Shown in pieces: positions 39,710-52,700 of a DNA stretch of 64,000 nt. Origin of the DNA: Octopus sinensis (lineage: Eukaryota); contig NC_043006.1 in the NCBI RefSeq assembly GCF_006345805.1, forward strand, positions 73,718,001-73,782,000, given 5' to 3'. Every line of letters begins with the position of its first letter. Within the stretch, counting starts at the first letter, position 1. A model generated the notes under the pieces. The model did not search any database. It worked only from the letters and a program-made list of their open reading frames with translations, and was not told where the DNA came from. Both the position numbers and the translations under genes were made by a program.

Positions 39710-40727
39710 GTATTAATGATATTACTAACACCATTAAACACAGTGACATCAGAACCTTCGCTGATGATTCCAAGCTCCAGAAGGTCATCAATGGCGTGGA
39801 TGACCAAAAACGCCTTCAGTCAGACCTACTGGCTGTTGTCCAATGGGCGGAAAAGAACAACATGTTGCTAAACGAAGACAAATTCGAACTGATCCACTTT
39901 GGAAGGGAGGATGCTCTGAAACTCCCATACTCCCTTCCTTCTGGAGAAATTCTCATGGCGTCTAACAACATCAGAGACTTGGGAGTAACAGTGGACAACA
40001 ACATAAGCTGGGCTACACTTATAAGCAGCAAAGTTAACATGGCCCGCAGAATGTGTTCCTGGATTCTCAGTCGAGAGATTCCCACACCATTATCCTTCTC
40101 TTCTCCACTTTTGCCCGACCCCACCTTGAATACTGCTGTGCATTGTGGTCTCCCTACGCAAAACAAAATATTATGAGAACTGAAGCTCCCCAAAGGTCAA
40201 TCACAAAAAAGATAGATGGCATGTCAGACCTTGACTACTGGGGTAGACTAGAGAAACTGAAACTGTATTCACTCCAACGACGCCGTGAACGCTACATTAT
40301 CTGTATGATGTGGAAAATATTCCATCAGCACTGTCCGAATGATGTTGGCATCACCTTCAAAATACATCCAAGGCTTGGACCACGTGCCATCCGTCCACAA
40401 CAAAAATCTAAATCGCATCACATAACGACAATACGGCACAACTATTTCACCTCAATTGGACCCGCTCTCTTCAACATTACACCAGGACACGTCAAAAAAG
40501 AAACTGACCACACAAAATTCAAGAAGTCTTTGGACAAATTCCTTCAAACAGTACCGGACAAACCACCCACACCTGGATATGTCTCCGCAAACAATAACTC
40601 TCTGCTCGAATGGGCCTTGGTGCCCAAATCCTGAACTGAAAGACTTCGCCAGGTGGTGCTATTAAGTTAGACATGGCCTGGGCCAATACTGGCCAAAACC
40701 TTTCTAAGTTATTCTAAGTTAAGTTAT
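39708..40727 (+). pseudogene. CR1/L2-group LINE, 5'-truncated, RT C-terminus plus 3' UTR
   Basis: INDI...FADDSKL...RDLGVTVD...RPHLEYCC...LYSLQRRRER...; one frameshift near 40070; tail of short tandem repeats (TAAGT). Confidence 0.9.
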
Positions 40728-40795
40728 ATATGTATTATATTTTGTATATGTATATATATTTTTATGTATATATATATTTGTATATTATATATATG

Positions 40796-40826
<31 letters not shown>

Positions 40827-40893
40827 TATTTTATATATATATGTATTATAATATATGTATAATATATATATATGTATATATGTATATATATAT

Positions 40894-41450
40894 ATATTGT
40901 TATATTTCGGAATGGTCATATTGCCAGTTTAGCCAATAAAAACACACGCACTATATATTTTTTTCGATTAGATTTATAATTATTATTACTAATATTGTTG
41001 TTATACATACTACAAGCATATGTAATGATAATAATGGGTGGATGTAAACACATGAACAAAATTAGAACAAAACAACAACAACAAAAACAAAATACAAATT
41101 ACAAGAATGTATATAAAAAAACAGAAGATACAATATTACAGGCATCCCCCCCACACACTAAATAAACATAGACGCACATAGAGATATAAGCATGCGCAAA
41201 TGAAGACATACAATAGAAATACAAAATGGCTGACGGTTAGTAAGGAGAGACACAAATAAGTGAGAAGAAAACAAAGGACCACTGATGCGGTCACAGGAGT
41301 GTGCAGAAAGAACTTTCGACGAAATAAATAAGATTAAGATTAATGTAAAAAATAAATATCACTGAAGCAAAAACATAACACCAAATATATAGTGCGTGTG
41401 TTTTTTATTGGCTAAACTGGCAATATGACCATTCCGAAATATAACAATAT
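40894..41450. repeat. Fold-back with ~67 bp inverted arms (40894-40960, 41383-41450) between (TA)n tracts
   Basis: ATATTGTTATATTTCGGAATGGTCATATTGCCAGTTTAGCCAAT... and its reverse complement. Confidence 0.85.
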
Positions 41451-41516
41451 CTGTTTCAACACACGACTTCACATAAAAAATCTTGCACAACAAATATTTA
41501 AACGTACTATATATAT

Positions 41517-41564
<48 letters not shown>

Positions 41565-41591
41565 ATATGTATATATATATATGATAATATA

Positions 41592-41623
<32 letters not shown>

Positions 41624-41641
41624 ATAATATATAATTATATA

Positions 41642-41685
<44 letters not shown>

Positions 41686-42014
41686 GTGGCTCAGTGGTTA
41701 GAGCGTCGACCTTACGATCGTGAGGTCGTGAGCTCGAATCCCGGACCGGGTTGCGTGTTGTGTTCTTGAGCAAGACACTTTATTTCACGTTGCTACAGTT
41801 CACTCAGCTGTAGAAAGGAGTTGCGACGTCACAGGTGCCAAGCTGTATCGGCCCTTGCCTTTCCCTTGGGCAACATCGGTGACGTGGAGAGGGGAGGCCG
41901 GTATGCATGGGCGACTGCTGGTCTTCCATAAAACAACGTTGCCCAGACTTGTGCCTCAGGGAGTAACTCTCTAGGTGCAAACCCATGGTCAGTGTCTGAC
42001 CGAAGGGGGTCACC

Positions 42015-42015
<1 letters not shown>
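41686..42015 (+). mobile_element. SINE family C, full length
   Basis: GTGGCTCAGTGGTTAGAGCG (A box)...GAGCTCGAATCC (B box), central TGTTCTTGAGCAAGACACTT domain, 3' tail. Confidence 0.9.
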
Positions 42016-42016
<1 letters not shown>

Positions 42017-42063
<47 letters not shown>

Positions 42064-42230
42064 TATATATATAATATATATTATAAATATATTTATATAT
42101 ATATGTATTATATGTATAATATGTATATATATATATGTATATGTATATATGTATATATATATAATATAGATATATATTTTATATATTAAGTATAGATTAT
42201 ATGTATATATATAAGTATAGATATATATTG

Positions 42231-42283
<53 letters not shown>

Positions 42284-42304
42284 TATATATATTATGTATA
42301 TATA

Positions 42305-42339
<35 letters not shown>

Positions 42340-42955
42340 AATGCATTATATAATATATATGTTATATATTGCATATATATTTGTATATATATTATATACA
42401 TATATATCTGTATATATATATATATACATACATGCATATAGATTTGTATATATATGCATATATATTTGTATATATATATATATGCATATATATTTGTATA
42501 TATGTATATATATAAATGCATATATATATGTATATATATGCATATATTTGTATATATATATATATATGCATATATATTTGCATATATACTGTATATATAT
42601 ATATATAAATGCATATATATATATTATATATGATGTATTATATGCATATATATTTTATATATATATATGCATATATATTTGTATATATATATATGCATAT
42701 ATATATATATATGTATATACATATATGTATATATATATATATAATATATATATAATATATATATATATGTATATATATATATGCATATATATATATATGT
42801 ATATACATATATGTATATATATATAATGTAATATATATATATGTATATATATATGTTATATATATTATATATATATATGTATATATATATGTGAATATAT
42901 ATATATATGCATATATATTTGTATATATATATATATATTTGTATATATATATAAT
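42017..42955. repeat. ~940 bp degenerate (TA)n with higher-order ATATGCATATATATTTGT units
   Basis: Direct inspection. Confidence 0.95.
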
Positions 42956-44315
42956 AGGCAAACATTTATATATTCATACATATATGCATACCTGAATATA
43001 CGCACACGCACACACAGATACGCATCAACACACACACACACGGAAATTCAAAGACGTTCTTTAACATATCTGATAAACATGCATTATGATTTATATGAAA
43101 ACTTTACAAAATCTTCTTCTATAAACTAGATTTGGAATTCGATGAAGATGTAAGATAACATTGTATTTGGTATTATTTAACTCATTTTTATCTTTTTGCA
43201 TAATTGTTTGTCACTGTTGTTATTTTTGAGTTATTTTGCAAGTATTTTTCCAAGAACTAGCTGAAGACTTATGATATTCAGTGAGAAATAGCATTCAGTA
43301 GCTTTAAGTCAGAGAAAGGGAATATATTTTCGTTAGATTAAAAAGAAAGCGCCCAAAACATGAGGAAGAAGAATCTATATATAGTAGAGTGATAATATAT
43401 ATTCTAAGACACAAAGATTAACAGGACTGTGTAAGTATAACAGAAAATCTGATAAAAGCAAAGTCGAACACGTTGCACACAGCCATACACAGACACACAT
43501 ATATAAGCGCACGCACACACATATACACCTTCGTAAGTATCTATATGGATCTCCGTCACTGGTGTGAAGAATATGGATTTTATTTTCCGATTAAATTAAT
43601 TTCTCATTGTATTATATGGATGTGGTTGAGTATTCCATAGAAACATGTAGTATGATCGTAAACCTTGCTCAAAATCAGCCTGACATTGTGTAATATAAAC
43701 ATTTGGATTACAGGCATAATTCATTCGACAGGCTCCTTAAAGTTTCCATATTTGAAAAGTTACTAACATGGCTTAGGGTCGAAAACAGGCTATGTCTAAA
43801 ATCACTTCTCTTTGACCCTACACATTGGAAATAACCTGAGAATTTTGGTTTCGGAAGCGAACTTTCTCACCATTCTACCATATAATGACCACACACGCAC
43901 ACACATACGCCCATAAGCACATACATCCAAACACTCATATACATACACTCACACACGCGTTCACAAACATAAAACAGTGGTTTCACTTGTCAAATATATG
44001 ATAAACATACAATTGGCCTCCTTGAAGTTATCTATTAAACTATTAAAGAAGGATGAACGATTTTGTTGTGCAACTTTTTTCCATGAAATTTCCCTCCAAA
44101 ATCATCAAGATTAAAATCGAGATATTGAGATGAATCTCTGTAAATCCATACCCATTAGAACACGACGAATAAAAATAAAGTGAAATGCGGACAGGGAAGG
44201 AAGAAGTTACAGGGAATTGCATGGTGGTGTGTGTGTGCGTTGATAGGACGGCTATCCTCTGTGAAGATGAGGCCATCATACACACACACACACATATATA
44301 TATTATACACACACA

Positions 44316-44391
<76 letters not shown>

Positions 44392-45355
44392 CATGGTAAA
44401 TTATATCGAAATGTAGAAGGGAAAGCATTGAGATCTTGATCATGCCTGAAATGTATTTATACAATTTATTGGTTTCACTCTTTCAAAAATATTCATGAGA
44501 TTGTAGTTAATGATGTAATAGTTTCGCAGTTTCATAACTAGCTGTTGTTGGTAATAGAATTATAATTTCATAATATCATAACTAGCTGCTTGTGGTGATA
44601 AACGTAATAAATGATTGTTTTGAACAGTAACAGGGGGGCATATGTGGAAGATTAATTTTTTTCAATTTATAATAATAAAAATCTAAAAGTAATGAAAATT
44701 AATTAAATGTAAAAATAATCAATTAAAATTTAATATAAATATAATTAATATAATTAATATAAATGTAATTATAATTAAGTAATGTCTGCATTTAAATGCG
44801 GTGGTTACTTTTCACTGCATCTAGTCTTTTTATTCCTCCACTGCATGTTCAAAAATTCATTCACTACATTGATATAAAAAAGAAAAGTTTTAAATCTTTA
44901 TAATTTTCCGTACATGTATCGATATGTTCAAAGGCAGTCATCGACGTCTTTACGAAATCGAATTTGTACTATATGCTTTTGTTCTTAAGTAATTCCGGTT
45001 TGTTCCATATAATTTTCTCCATATCCTGAAGTTCCTGTATAAATTGGATTTCCGGGTGCTGAGTAAATTAAGCCTTTATTTTGAAGTATTGTTCTTGTTT
45101 CAAATAGAATTATCTTCGGACAAGTTAAGGCAAGTTCCACTGTTGGGTCGTTTACTTTGCTTTGACGGTCGTTACTGTTATTTCTGAACGTAATTTAGCT
45201 GCTATTTAATATTCTCTTGAATGATTGCGTTGTCTTACTTTGTCATAATTTTATGTATTTGCAAAACTCTATTCCTTCTTTTTCCGCATCAGTACACTAT
45301 AAGTTTCGTTGTTCCTAGCACAGTGGGTAGAGACGTAAGGTAATATTGTCAATCT

Positions 45356-45504
45356 GGTTCTAAGTTCAAATTCCGCCGAGGTCGACTTTGCCTTTTATCA
45401 TTTCGGGGACGATAAATCAAGTATCAGTTGCATACTGGTGTCGATCTAATCGACTGGTTCCCTCCCCCAAAATTTCGGGCCTTGTTCCAAGAGTAGAAAA
45501 GAAT
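45356..45504 (+). mobile_element. SINE family B (alternative tail), 5'-truncated, 13 bp TSD
   Basis: TSD AATATTGTCAATC on both sides; tail CCCCAAAATTTCGGGCCTTG...GTAGAAAAG. Confidence 0.85.
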
Positions 45505-45749
45505 ATTGTCAATCCGGTGTGTTGTTTTGTTTTACTACTCTCTGTAACTGGGCATCAAATATAATGGCATTTTATATCCCATCATCTTTTAAAGATCATA
45601 CATAATTTCGATGAGCGTATCTTTGAGTTCTTCGAGTATTACATCGCGGATATTTATATTTGGCACAAATATGAAGATCCTTTTGGCGTAATTAAAAGGA
45701 TTATTTGTTTTAGTGCTTGAGTGTCACAATTTGAAGACATGATATTCTT

Positions 45750-46127
45750 TTCTCCTCTAGGCACAAGACCCGAAATTTTCGGGGAGGAGGCCAGTCCATT
45801 AGACCGACTTCAGTACACAACTAGTACTTAATTTATCGACCCCGAAAGGATGAAAGTCGACCTCGGCGAAATTTGAACTCAGAACGTAGACGAAATACCT
45901 ATTTCTTTACTACCCACAAGGGGCTAAACACAGAGAGGACAAACAAGGACAAACAAACGGATTAAGTCGATTATATAGACCCCAGTGCATAATTGGTATT
46001 TTTTAAATCGACCTCGAAAGGATGAAAGGCAAAGACGACCTCGACGGAATTTGAACTCAGAAAGTAGCGACGAACAAAATACCGCTAAGCATTTCGTCCG
46101 ACGTGCTAACGTTTCCGCCAGCTCGCC
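45750..46127 (-). mobile_element. SINE family B dimer with two different tails
   Basis: Head-proximal unit ends in the TTAGCCCCTTGTGGG tail; terminal unit ends in the AAAATTTCGGGTCTTGTGCC tail. Confidence 0.8.
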
Positions 46128-47879
46128 ATCTAGTTGTTTCGAGACTGTAGAGACTTAATATAACTGTCTCGATTCATTTGTTGACTTTGATGACTAGAAA
46201 TTCTAAACATAGGCGTAGGAATGGCTGTGTGGTAAGTTGCTTGCTAACCACACTGACTGAAGACTTCGCATTTTTCATGTAGCTTGAAAGACACGTCTTG
46301 CAACGTGAAAATCGAACATTTTGGAAGCACGACTACAGGTAGGCGTTTGTTGTATTTTTTTGAGGTCTTAGTGGAGTTTGTTGCCCTGTATTTTTTATGT
46401 TTTGGTGAGTAATAGACTCCACTCTGCTCCAGACATTTGCCTGCCTGCGGCCGTCTATAAAGACTCACTTTGCAGTGAGAATTGTGTTTTTGAGGAGGCG
46501 TAGCCCCTCCGCAAAAATTAATTTCGTTGCGAAAATTGTTTTCGTGTCTGTGGAGTACCAAGGCAGGAAGGACTGTTTTTGCAAGGTGGACGTGAGTGTG
46601 TTGGCTCTGTCCAATATTGAAATGAAAGCAAAAAGAACAACACCAGCATAAGACCGTTGAGGTAGGTGGATTTGTTTTCGGTTGAGCTGGGTGTAATTTG
46701 TCAAATAGTAATTGTTTGTGTGCTGATAAATTTCGCCCAGCTCTGTGGCAATTCTGCCTGCTGTTGGGGGCTGCTGTTTGTTGTTTTTTGTATTGGAAAA
46801 CAAAGGGGGCATATCTTCGCCGAAATGGATTTTGCCATTGAAACTTGTTGAAGTTGGCCAGGAGTACCTGTTGGCCATTGATGTTTGCTGTGTGAACTGT
46901 TTTTCTTTTCTCTATCCTTCTATTTTTTCTTTCTTTTTGGACTTGTTAATTCATTTGAACTTTCCTTCTTCTTTTGAATCGACTTTTAAGTTTCCTGTGC
47001 CTTGTGTGTAAGTTCCAAAAATATTTTAAAATTGACCATTCCAAGCATAGAGTTTATACACGGTGTTATTGGATTGAGGGTCTTTCTGAAGTGACTTCAA
47101 AGTTGGGAATGTGTTTGTATGGTCAAATCAAAAACAGGAGAGGAAAAATATCTATATGTTTATAGATATATGTATATATATGTACATCTATGAATATATC
47201 TATACATCTCTCTCTTTCTCTCTCTCTCTCTCTAAACACCCATATATATGTATGTATAACATTCAGTACCATTAGGGAATAAAGTGCGTGTGCTGGGATG
47301 AGAGTGTATGTGTGTATGTCTGTGTATGCAATAAGTGTTGTTAATCAATATCGATGATAGATAACAACAAACATTCATTGATGTTTATATTCGTAGCATC
47401 ACTCCATTAATCATATTTGAGTTGACCGGGCCTTGAAGTTTTCCCTTAGCAACTTATTCGACCACTAAGTTGAAACTTGGAATCCCTGTCAGATCCAATA
47501 TGCTTATCTACATACATATATAGATATACGTGTATGAGTGTGCGTGTGCCTCTGACTATGTGTGTACATGTATATTAGATCTGACAGGGGAGTTTCAAAT
47601 TTCATCTTATTGGTTCATTATGACGCTAAAAGAAAAGTTGAAATCCTACTCAAGTTTTGTATGATTAATGGACATGATACTACTAATACATTTGAAAATA
47701 TATACCATTTACTGGTATATATACAATACCAGTAAATGTTTGTTATCTATGAATTTTTATCGATGATCAAGGCTAAATTTTGCATATCTATCTATCTATC
47801 GATCGATCTATCCACACATACACATACGTGTATATATACCTACATAGCTGCGCATTTACATGTATGTGTGTATATGTAT

Positions 47880-48505
47880 ATGATGGCTGTCCACTCGTGA
47901 TCGCGGAAAATCATCATCGAGCTCTAAGAACACGGTGCAAAGAGACAGAAGTATACTTTACACTTGTGGCTCCGTCGGTGGCTAATGAGCCCAGCTCTTG
48001 ATAAACATACAGTTCTGCAGATACTACAAACGAAGCTTCAGCCATTCGCTACACCTCCAGTGCATTTCCGAGCTGCTCGCTTATGTCCAGCAAGCCAAAT
48101 ATGTGTTTTTGTTTTTCAAAAATACCCACTATATCTGTTTCTCGTCTCCTTCATTGGTGGCGATAACAAGCATAGCTTTACCAATTGAGTTTCCATTTCT
48201 CCCATGCCTTCAACGAGACTTTATACAATCCTTAAACCACAAACATGTTTTCTGCTGGGTGCGCTTTCCACAAACAAGTCCCCCCATAAGGCATCTGTTT
48301 AGGGGTTCTCTGATCGTTTATCCGAATAAGGTGTCCCGTACAGCGTAATCCGAGCTTGTGCACCATCACCTCAGTGCTCATAATGTTAGCCCCGCTTAAG
48401 CCCTCTGTACCTGGAATTCGCAAGGGGAGTCCAACCTCCCTGAATGTACTTCAGGCATCTTTCGTGGAAGTGTTTAAGGGGGCCTCTATGCATATAAGGT
48501 GGGCG
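47880..48505 (-). mobile_element. RTE-clade LINE 3' fragment
   Basis: LKHFHERCL...GHLIRINDQRTPKQMPYG...; same 3' end as 27095-27551. Confidence 0.8.
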
Positions 48506-48756
48506 ATGCTGCGTCGAATTCAATGCCACGTAGTCTTTGTTCCAGCTTCTTTTATCTCTATAATGAAATAACACCGTCTTCAGATTTGCTTTTCATCTTG
48601 TCGGGGGTCGATAAAAAATGCTACCTACCTAAAGCCGAAATTGGCGCGAGATTAAAACATAGGACGCGATGCAATGTCCTGGCTGTTTGTGCTCTGTAAG
48701 CAACTACTCTCTACTGCTTTTATTTGCTTTTATTTGCTTAGGTGGCGCTAAATTAA

Positions 48757-48790
<34 letters not shown>

Positions 48791-48797
48791 ATACATA

Positions 48798-50360
48798 CAG
48801 GGTGTGTAAGATATTTGAGGACAGATTTATGTTTATAAAAAATAACAGATATATAATAACAGATAATAATTTATTTATAAAAAATGCTGTGAGGGTAAAA
48901 ATAAACCTTCTTTTCATAATGTTGTTCAATAAAGCCACTTTCAGCTTCAACAACTGCTTCTATATGGGATCTAAATCATCTACAAGCTCGAATCAAGTGG
49001 TCCTGGTTCATTTTGGACATTCCTCTGCACCGCTTTGAAAGAATATTTGTTATTTGGGCGTGTTCATCGACCTCTCTCTCAACAATCCTCCACATATAAA
49101 TAGTCCAATACATTGATATCTGGGAGAATTAGGAGGCCAAATGTTAGGGATTCTGTGATAATGAAACTTGTCAGCCATCCATTCTTGTGCTACTAGAGCC
49201 ATGTGTGATAGTGCAGAGCCTTACTGAAACACAGATGACCTTACATTGCATACACTGTCTATTCAGGGCTTAACAATTATTTCTAGGACCTCACTGTAGG
49301 CGGCAGAGTTAAATCTCAGGCCTTATGGAAAGAAGTAAGGAGGTATCACTTGTCCTTCATTGCTGACAACTCCTAAAACCATGACAGCTGCAGGAAATTT
49401 TGTATGCATAACACGTAGAATTCAGAAGTGTCTGCACATAACCTGTCATTTCTTTTAACTTTTTGATCTTAGTTGAAGACTTTCTCGTTGGAGAAAAATC
49501 AAATCTTCTTCTGCTGGATTTTTCAGTTTGTTTAAGGGCCTTTTAGATCTGATGTAGTGATTTTCTTTTGCTTTTTCTGACAATTTGACCTTTCCTCATC
49601 ATATAAGATTTGTATCTGATGTCTCCATGGACAACATTTCCGACCATTCTGACACATGGAGATCTTTTGCAGTTGACCTCATGGACTTTCTGGAATAGTA
49701 ATCAATGGTCTGTTGAACTTGCTGGATAAATTCAGGTGTTCTGATAATTTCAGAGCGTTTAGAATGCATTTCATGCTTTGATACTGGTGATACGTTTCTA
49801 TCTTTAGTCTCTAGCTCCTTACAAACTTTGAAGACGAAAGATCTGAGAACTTTTAAAAATCGAGATATTTCTAAATGCCTCTTCATTTCTTATTTCTTTA
49901 TTGCCCACAAGAGGCTAAACATAGAGGGGACAAACAAGGACAGACAGAGGGATTAAGTCGATTACATCGACCCCAGTGCGTAACTTTTACTTACTTTATC
50001 GACCGCAAAAGGATGAAAGGCAAAGCCGACCTCAGCGGAATTTGAACTCAGAACGTAACGGCAGACGAAATACCTATTTCTTTATTGCCCACAAGGGGCT
50101 AAACATAGAGGGGACAAACAAGTACAGACAGAGGGATTAAGTCGATTACATCGACCCCAGTGCGTCACTGGTACTTAATTTATTGACGAAAGGACGAAAG
50201 GCAAAGTTGACCTCGGCTGAATTTGAACTCAGAACGTAGCGGCAGACGAAATACCGCTAAGCATTTCGCCCGGCGTGCTAACGTTTCTGCCAGCTCGCCG
50301 CCTTTAAGAAATGCCTCTTCATTTCTTGAATAAGCTGAGGGCCTGCAATTATTATTTTCT
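48798..50360 (-). pseudogene. Tc1/mariner-superfamily (maT/DD37D-like) transposon relic, interrupted by a SINE
   Basis: TIR CAGGGTGTGTAAGATATTTGAGGAC at 48798; minus strand QEMKRH...IRTPEFIQQVQQ...RKSMRSTAKDLHVSE...IWPPNSP...FRSHIEAVVEAESGFIE. Second TIR not found. Confidence 0.7.
49892..50308 (-). mobile_element. SINE family B dimer with 19 bp TSD
   Basis: TSD AAATGCCTCTTCATTTCTT at 49873-49891 and 50309-50327. Confidence 0.92.
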
Positions 50361-50531
50361 GAGATAAAGATTATACAGGGTCAGCAAAAACTGCAGCAAC
50401 GACCCCAAAACGGTCTGTCCTCTTATGCACCCAAGAGGCTTCGAGTGTCCCGTCTGTTTTCTTGTGTCGTCTCTTTGTGTGTTTTTGCGTTCTTGTCCCA
50501 CTTTGTAATTTATAATTTATATCTAATTTCT

Positions 50532-50578
<47 letters not shown>

Positions 50579-50940
50579 TATATATATATATATATAATAT
50601 ATATATATATATTTAATTAACAATTGAGGATAAAATCTTTAAAAGAAATTATCAGTAGTCAGCGTGAAAAACCTCGTAAGAGAAAAAAATCCGTAAATTC
50701 TTCCTCTTTGAAAATATTCATTTATAAGAGAAAAACATAACATTACAAGCTCGATAGCCAACCGTAGAATTCGTCGTAGCATGTACGAATGTTTATCTTT
50801 ACATATCTTTTTTAAAATGATGTGTTTTGAAGTTTTGCATTCGGTAAAATTTTGTTTATTTTTAGTAGTTTTGACCGCATTGGTCCCTCTTAGCGTGTTG
50901 GTATCTACGAATAGTAGTACCCTCAATATAATATAAAATA

Positions 50941-50994
<54 letters not shown>

Positions 50995-51048
50995 ACTTAT
51001 ACACCAGTATATATATATATATATATATATACATAACTTATACACCCA

Positions 51049-51092
<44 letters not shown>

Positions 51093-52149
51093 CATGAATT
51101 CGGCTTTGCTTGATGATATATTTTACTGCCTGATAAATATTAAGAATTTACACATACACACACATGCACGCGCACAGACAAAAACTCACGCACTCACAAG
51201 GACACACACACAAGCATAAGCAATGTAATTTTTCTTTCTCAGCCTTTTCTGATTTTCTTAGACCCATAAGTGATAACATATTTATTTCTAATATTGCAAA
51301 GAAACGGTAATATTTTTGACAAAACACTTTGATATATTTTGTGTCCGGCATTGTGATCTCGTTGAGTTCAAATGTCTTTCAACTATCGAAGGCCGATAAA
51401 ATTAGTTGCGTGTTGGCTATAGAAATCCCTTCAATATATGCTCAGCTGTCTACGTTAGACATCAATTTACAATATACATGGCGTTAGATGAGCCTTTAAC
51501 CATTATATTGATCATTGATGTATAAAATTATATCATATTTCGTGGAAAATTCTTGCTTTTGTTTGAATATAAAGTGATATTTCTTCTCTTCAATATCTAT
51601 CTATCTGTCTATCTATGTAATATATCTAATATACCTATCGATCTAATATACCTATCGATCTAATATATCTGTCTATTTACCTACCTAGATAGATATTTGT
51701 GTGTGCGTGTATGTGTGTCTGGGCGTTCGATTATCAGGTTCAGTTATTGGACTGCGACTATGCTGTGACACTGCCTTTGATTGTTTTAGTCCATCGCATC
51801 GACTTAAGTACTTATTTCAGTCTGGTACTATTTCATCGACCCATATTTATTGAACAGTTCAGTTCCCTCTTTGAAAAAGAAACATACACTTGGATTTATA
51901 GCAGTAAATATGCGCATATGGATATACAACCATACGCAGGCACAGACACATTATACTAACACACAAACATATGCACACATACGCATAAATATACAATAGG
52001 CTTCTAAGCAATTTCCGTTTACCAAATTGCATACCTAAGATATTAGTTAATTCAAATTTATTGTAAGAAACACTTACACAAAGTGTCGCGAAATAGTTTC
52101 GAATCCCAAGATCTCTCGCCAGACGATCTCTTAATTGTGCTGATCAAGC

Positions 52150-52700
52150 ATAGATAGAGAACCGTTAAAAACTACCCTGGACCATTGGTAATGGTGAACG
52201 CCACAAATAACAAGGACTTTGTTTAGTGAGTCTCTGTACCGTTTCTTTCGTGACTGGATTCACTCAGCGGTCAGAGAAAAGTTGTTATGCAACACAATCC
52301 TGTGGAGGCTTTGATGCCTCATCTTGGAAACGTGTTCTGCCCAACAGAATTGTATGTTGTGAATTAAACAGCATAATTTGCTATATCATAACTTTGTTTA
52401 AGAAAGTAAGTGTAGGAAGCAGAATTACTCTAGAGCATTACAAAATAAAGCGATGCCATCGCATTGGAAACGCTCAAGCAGTCACAGTTTGTGATGCATG
52501 GGGATTCACATGTCGGAGCCGTACAAAAGGGTGGTCCTTACACAGTTCTCTGCAAGTTTATATTTATGTCTTTCCTCATATGCTTGTTATTCCAAACATT
52601 TTTGTGTAGTAAGATAACTGAAGAGTTTGGAGTTCGCACTTCGATGCCAGTCCATTTGTTGATCTCAGCATCTGGCGAGTTGACGCTTCTCGTTGGTGCA
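52150..52700 (-). mobile_element. Old RTE-clade LINE fragment
   Basis: DAEINKWTG...HKNVWNNKH...VRTTLLYGSD...LLERFQ...WAEHVSKM. Confidence 0.7.

Larger units (their letters stand above)
44900..47150 (-). pseudogene. Heavily decayed Penelope-like ORF (N-terminal domain plus RT), interrupted by three SINEs
   Basis: Motifs in the expected order on the minus strand: NYYLTNYTQLNRKQIHL (NLS..L), FAEGLRLLK (FxRxLRL), LKDTL, SL(Y)PTV, GIEFCKY, LQNKGLI, RKDVDDCL (YVDD-like). All are degenerate. Confidence 0.55.

Noticed and set aside
41276-41450. CTGATGC or CTGAAGC plus GAAAT as a hammerhead
   Set aside because: A9 is mutated, there is no valid UH site and stem I does not pair.
41686-41760. tRNA gene (also heads at 9170-9245, 32320-32395, 33538-33610)
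   Set aside because: A/B boxes continue directly into SINE bodies; no complete cloverleaf with acceptor stem and terminator.
43595-43656. TATGGA/TCCATA stem followed by GAAACATGTA
   Set aside because: The 5' core is absent or too degenerate; at most an ancient relic.
46290-46325. RCKTC as the PLE Cys linker before GIY-YIG
   Set aside because: It lies upstream of the RT motifs of the same element and no GIY-YIG follows; position fits the N-terminal region or chance.
50345-50420. TACAGGGTCAGC as second Tc1 TIR, or GGGTC/GACCC stem as an HHR relic
   Set aside because: Wrong orientation for the TIR; HHR core missing and G12 mutated.
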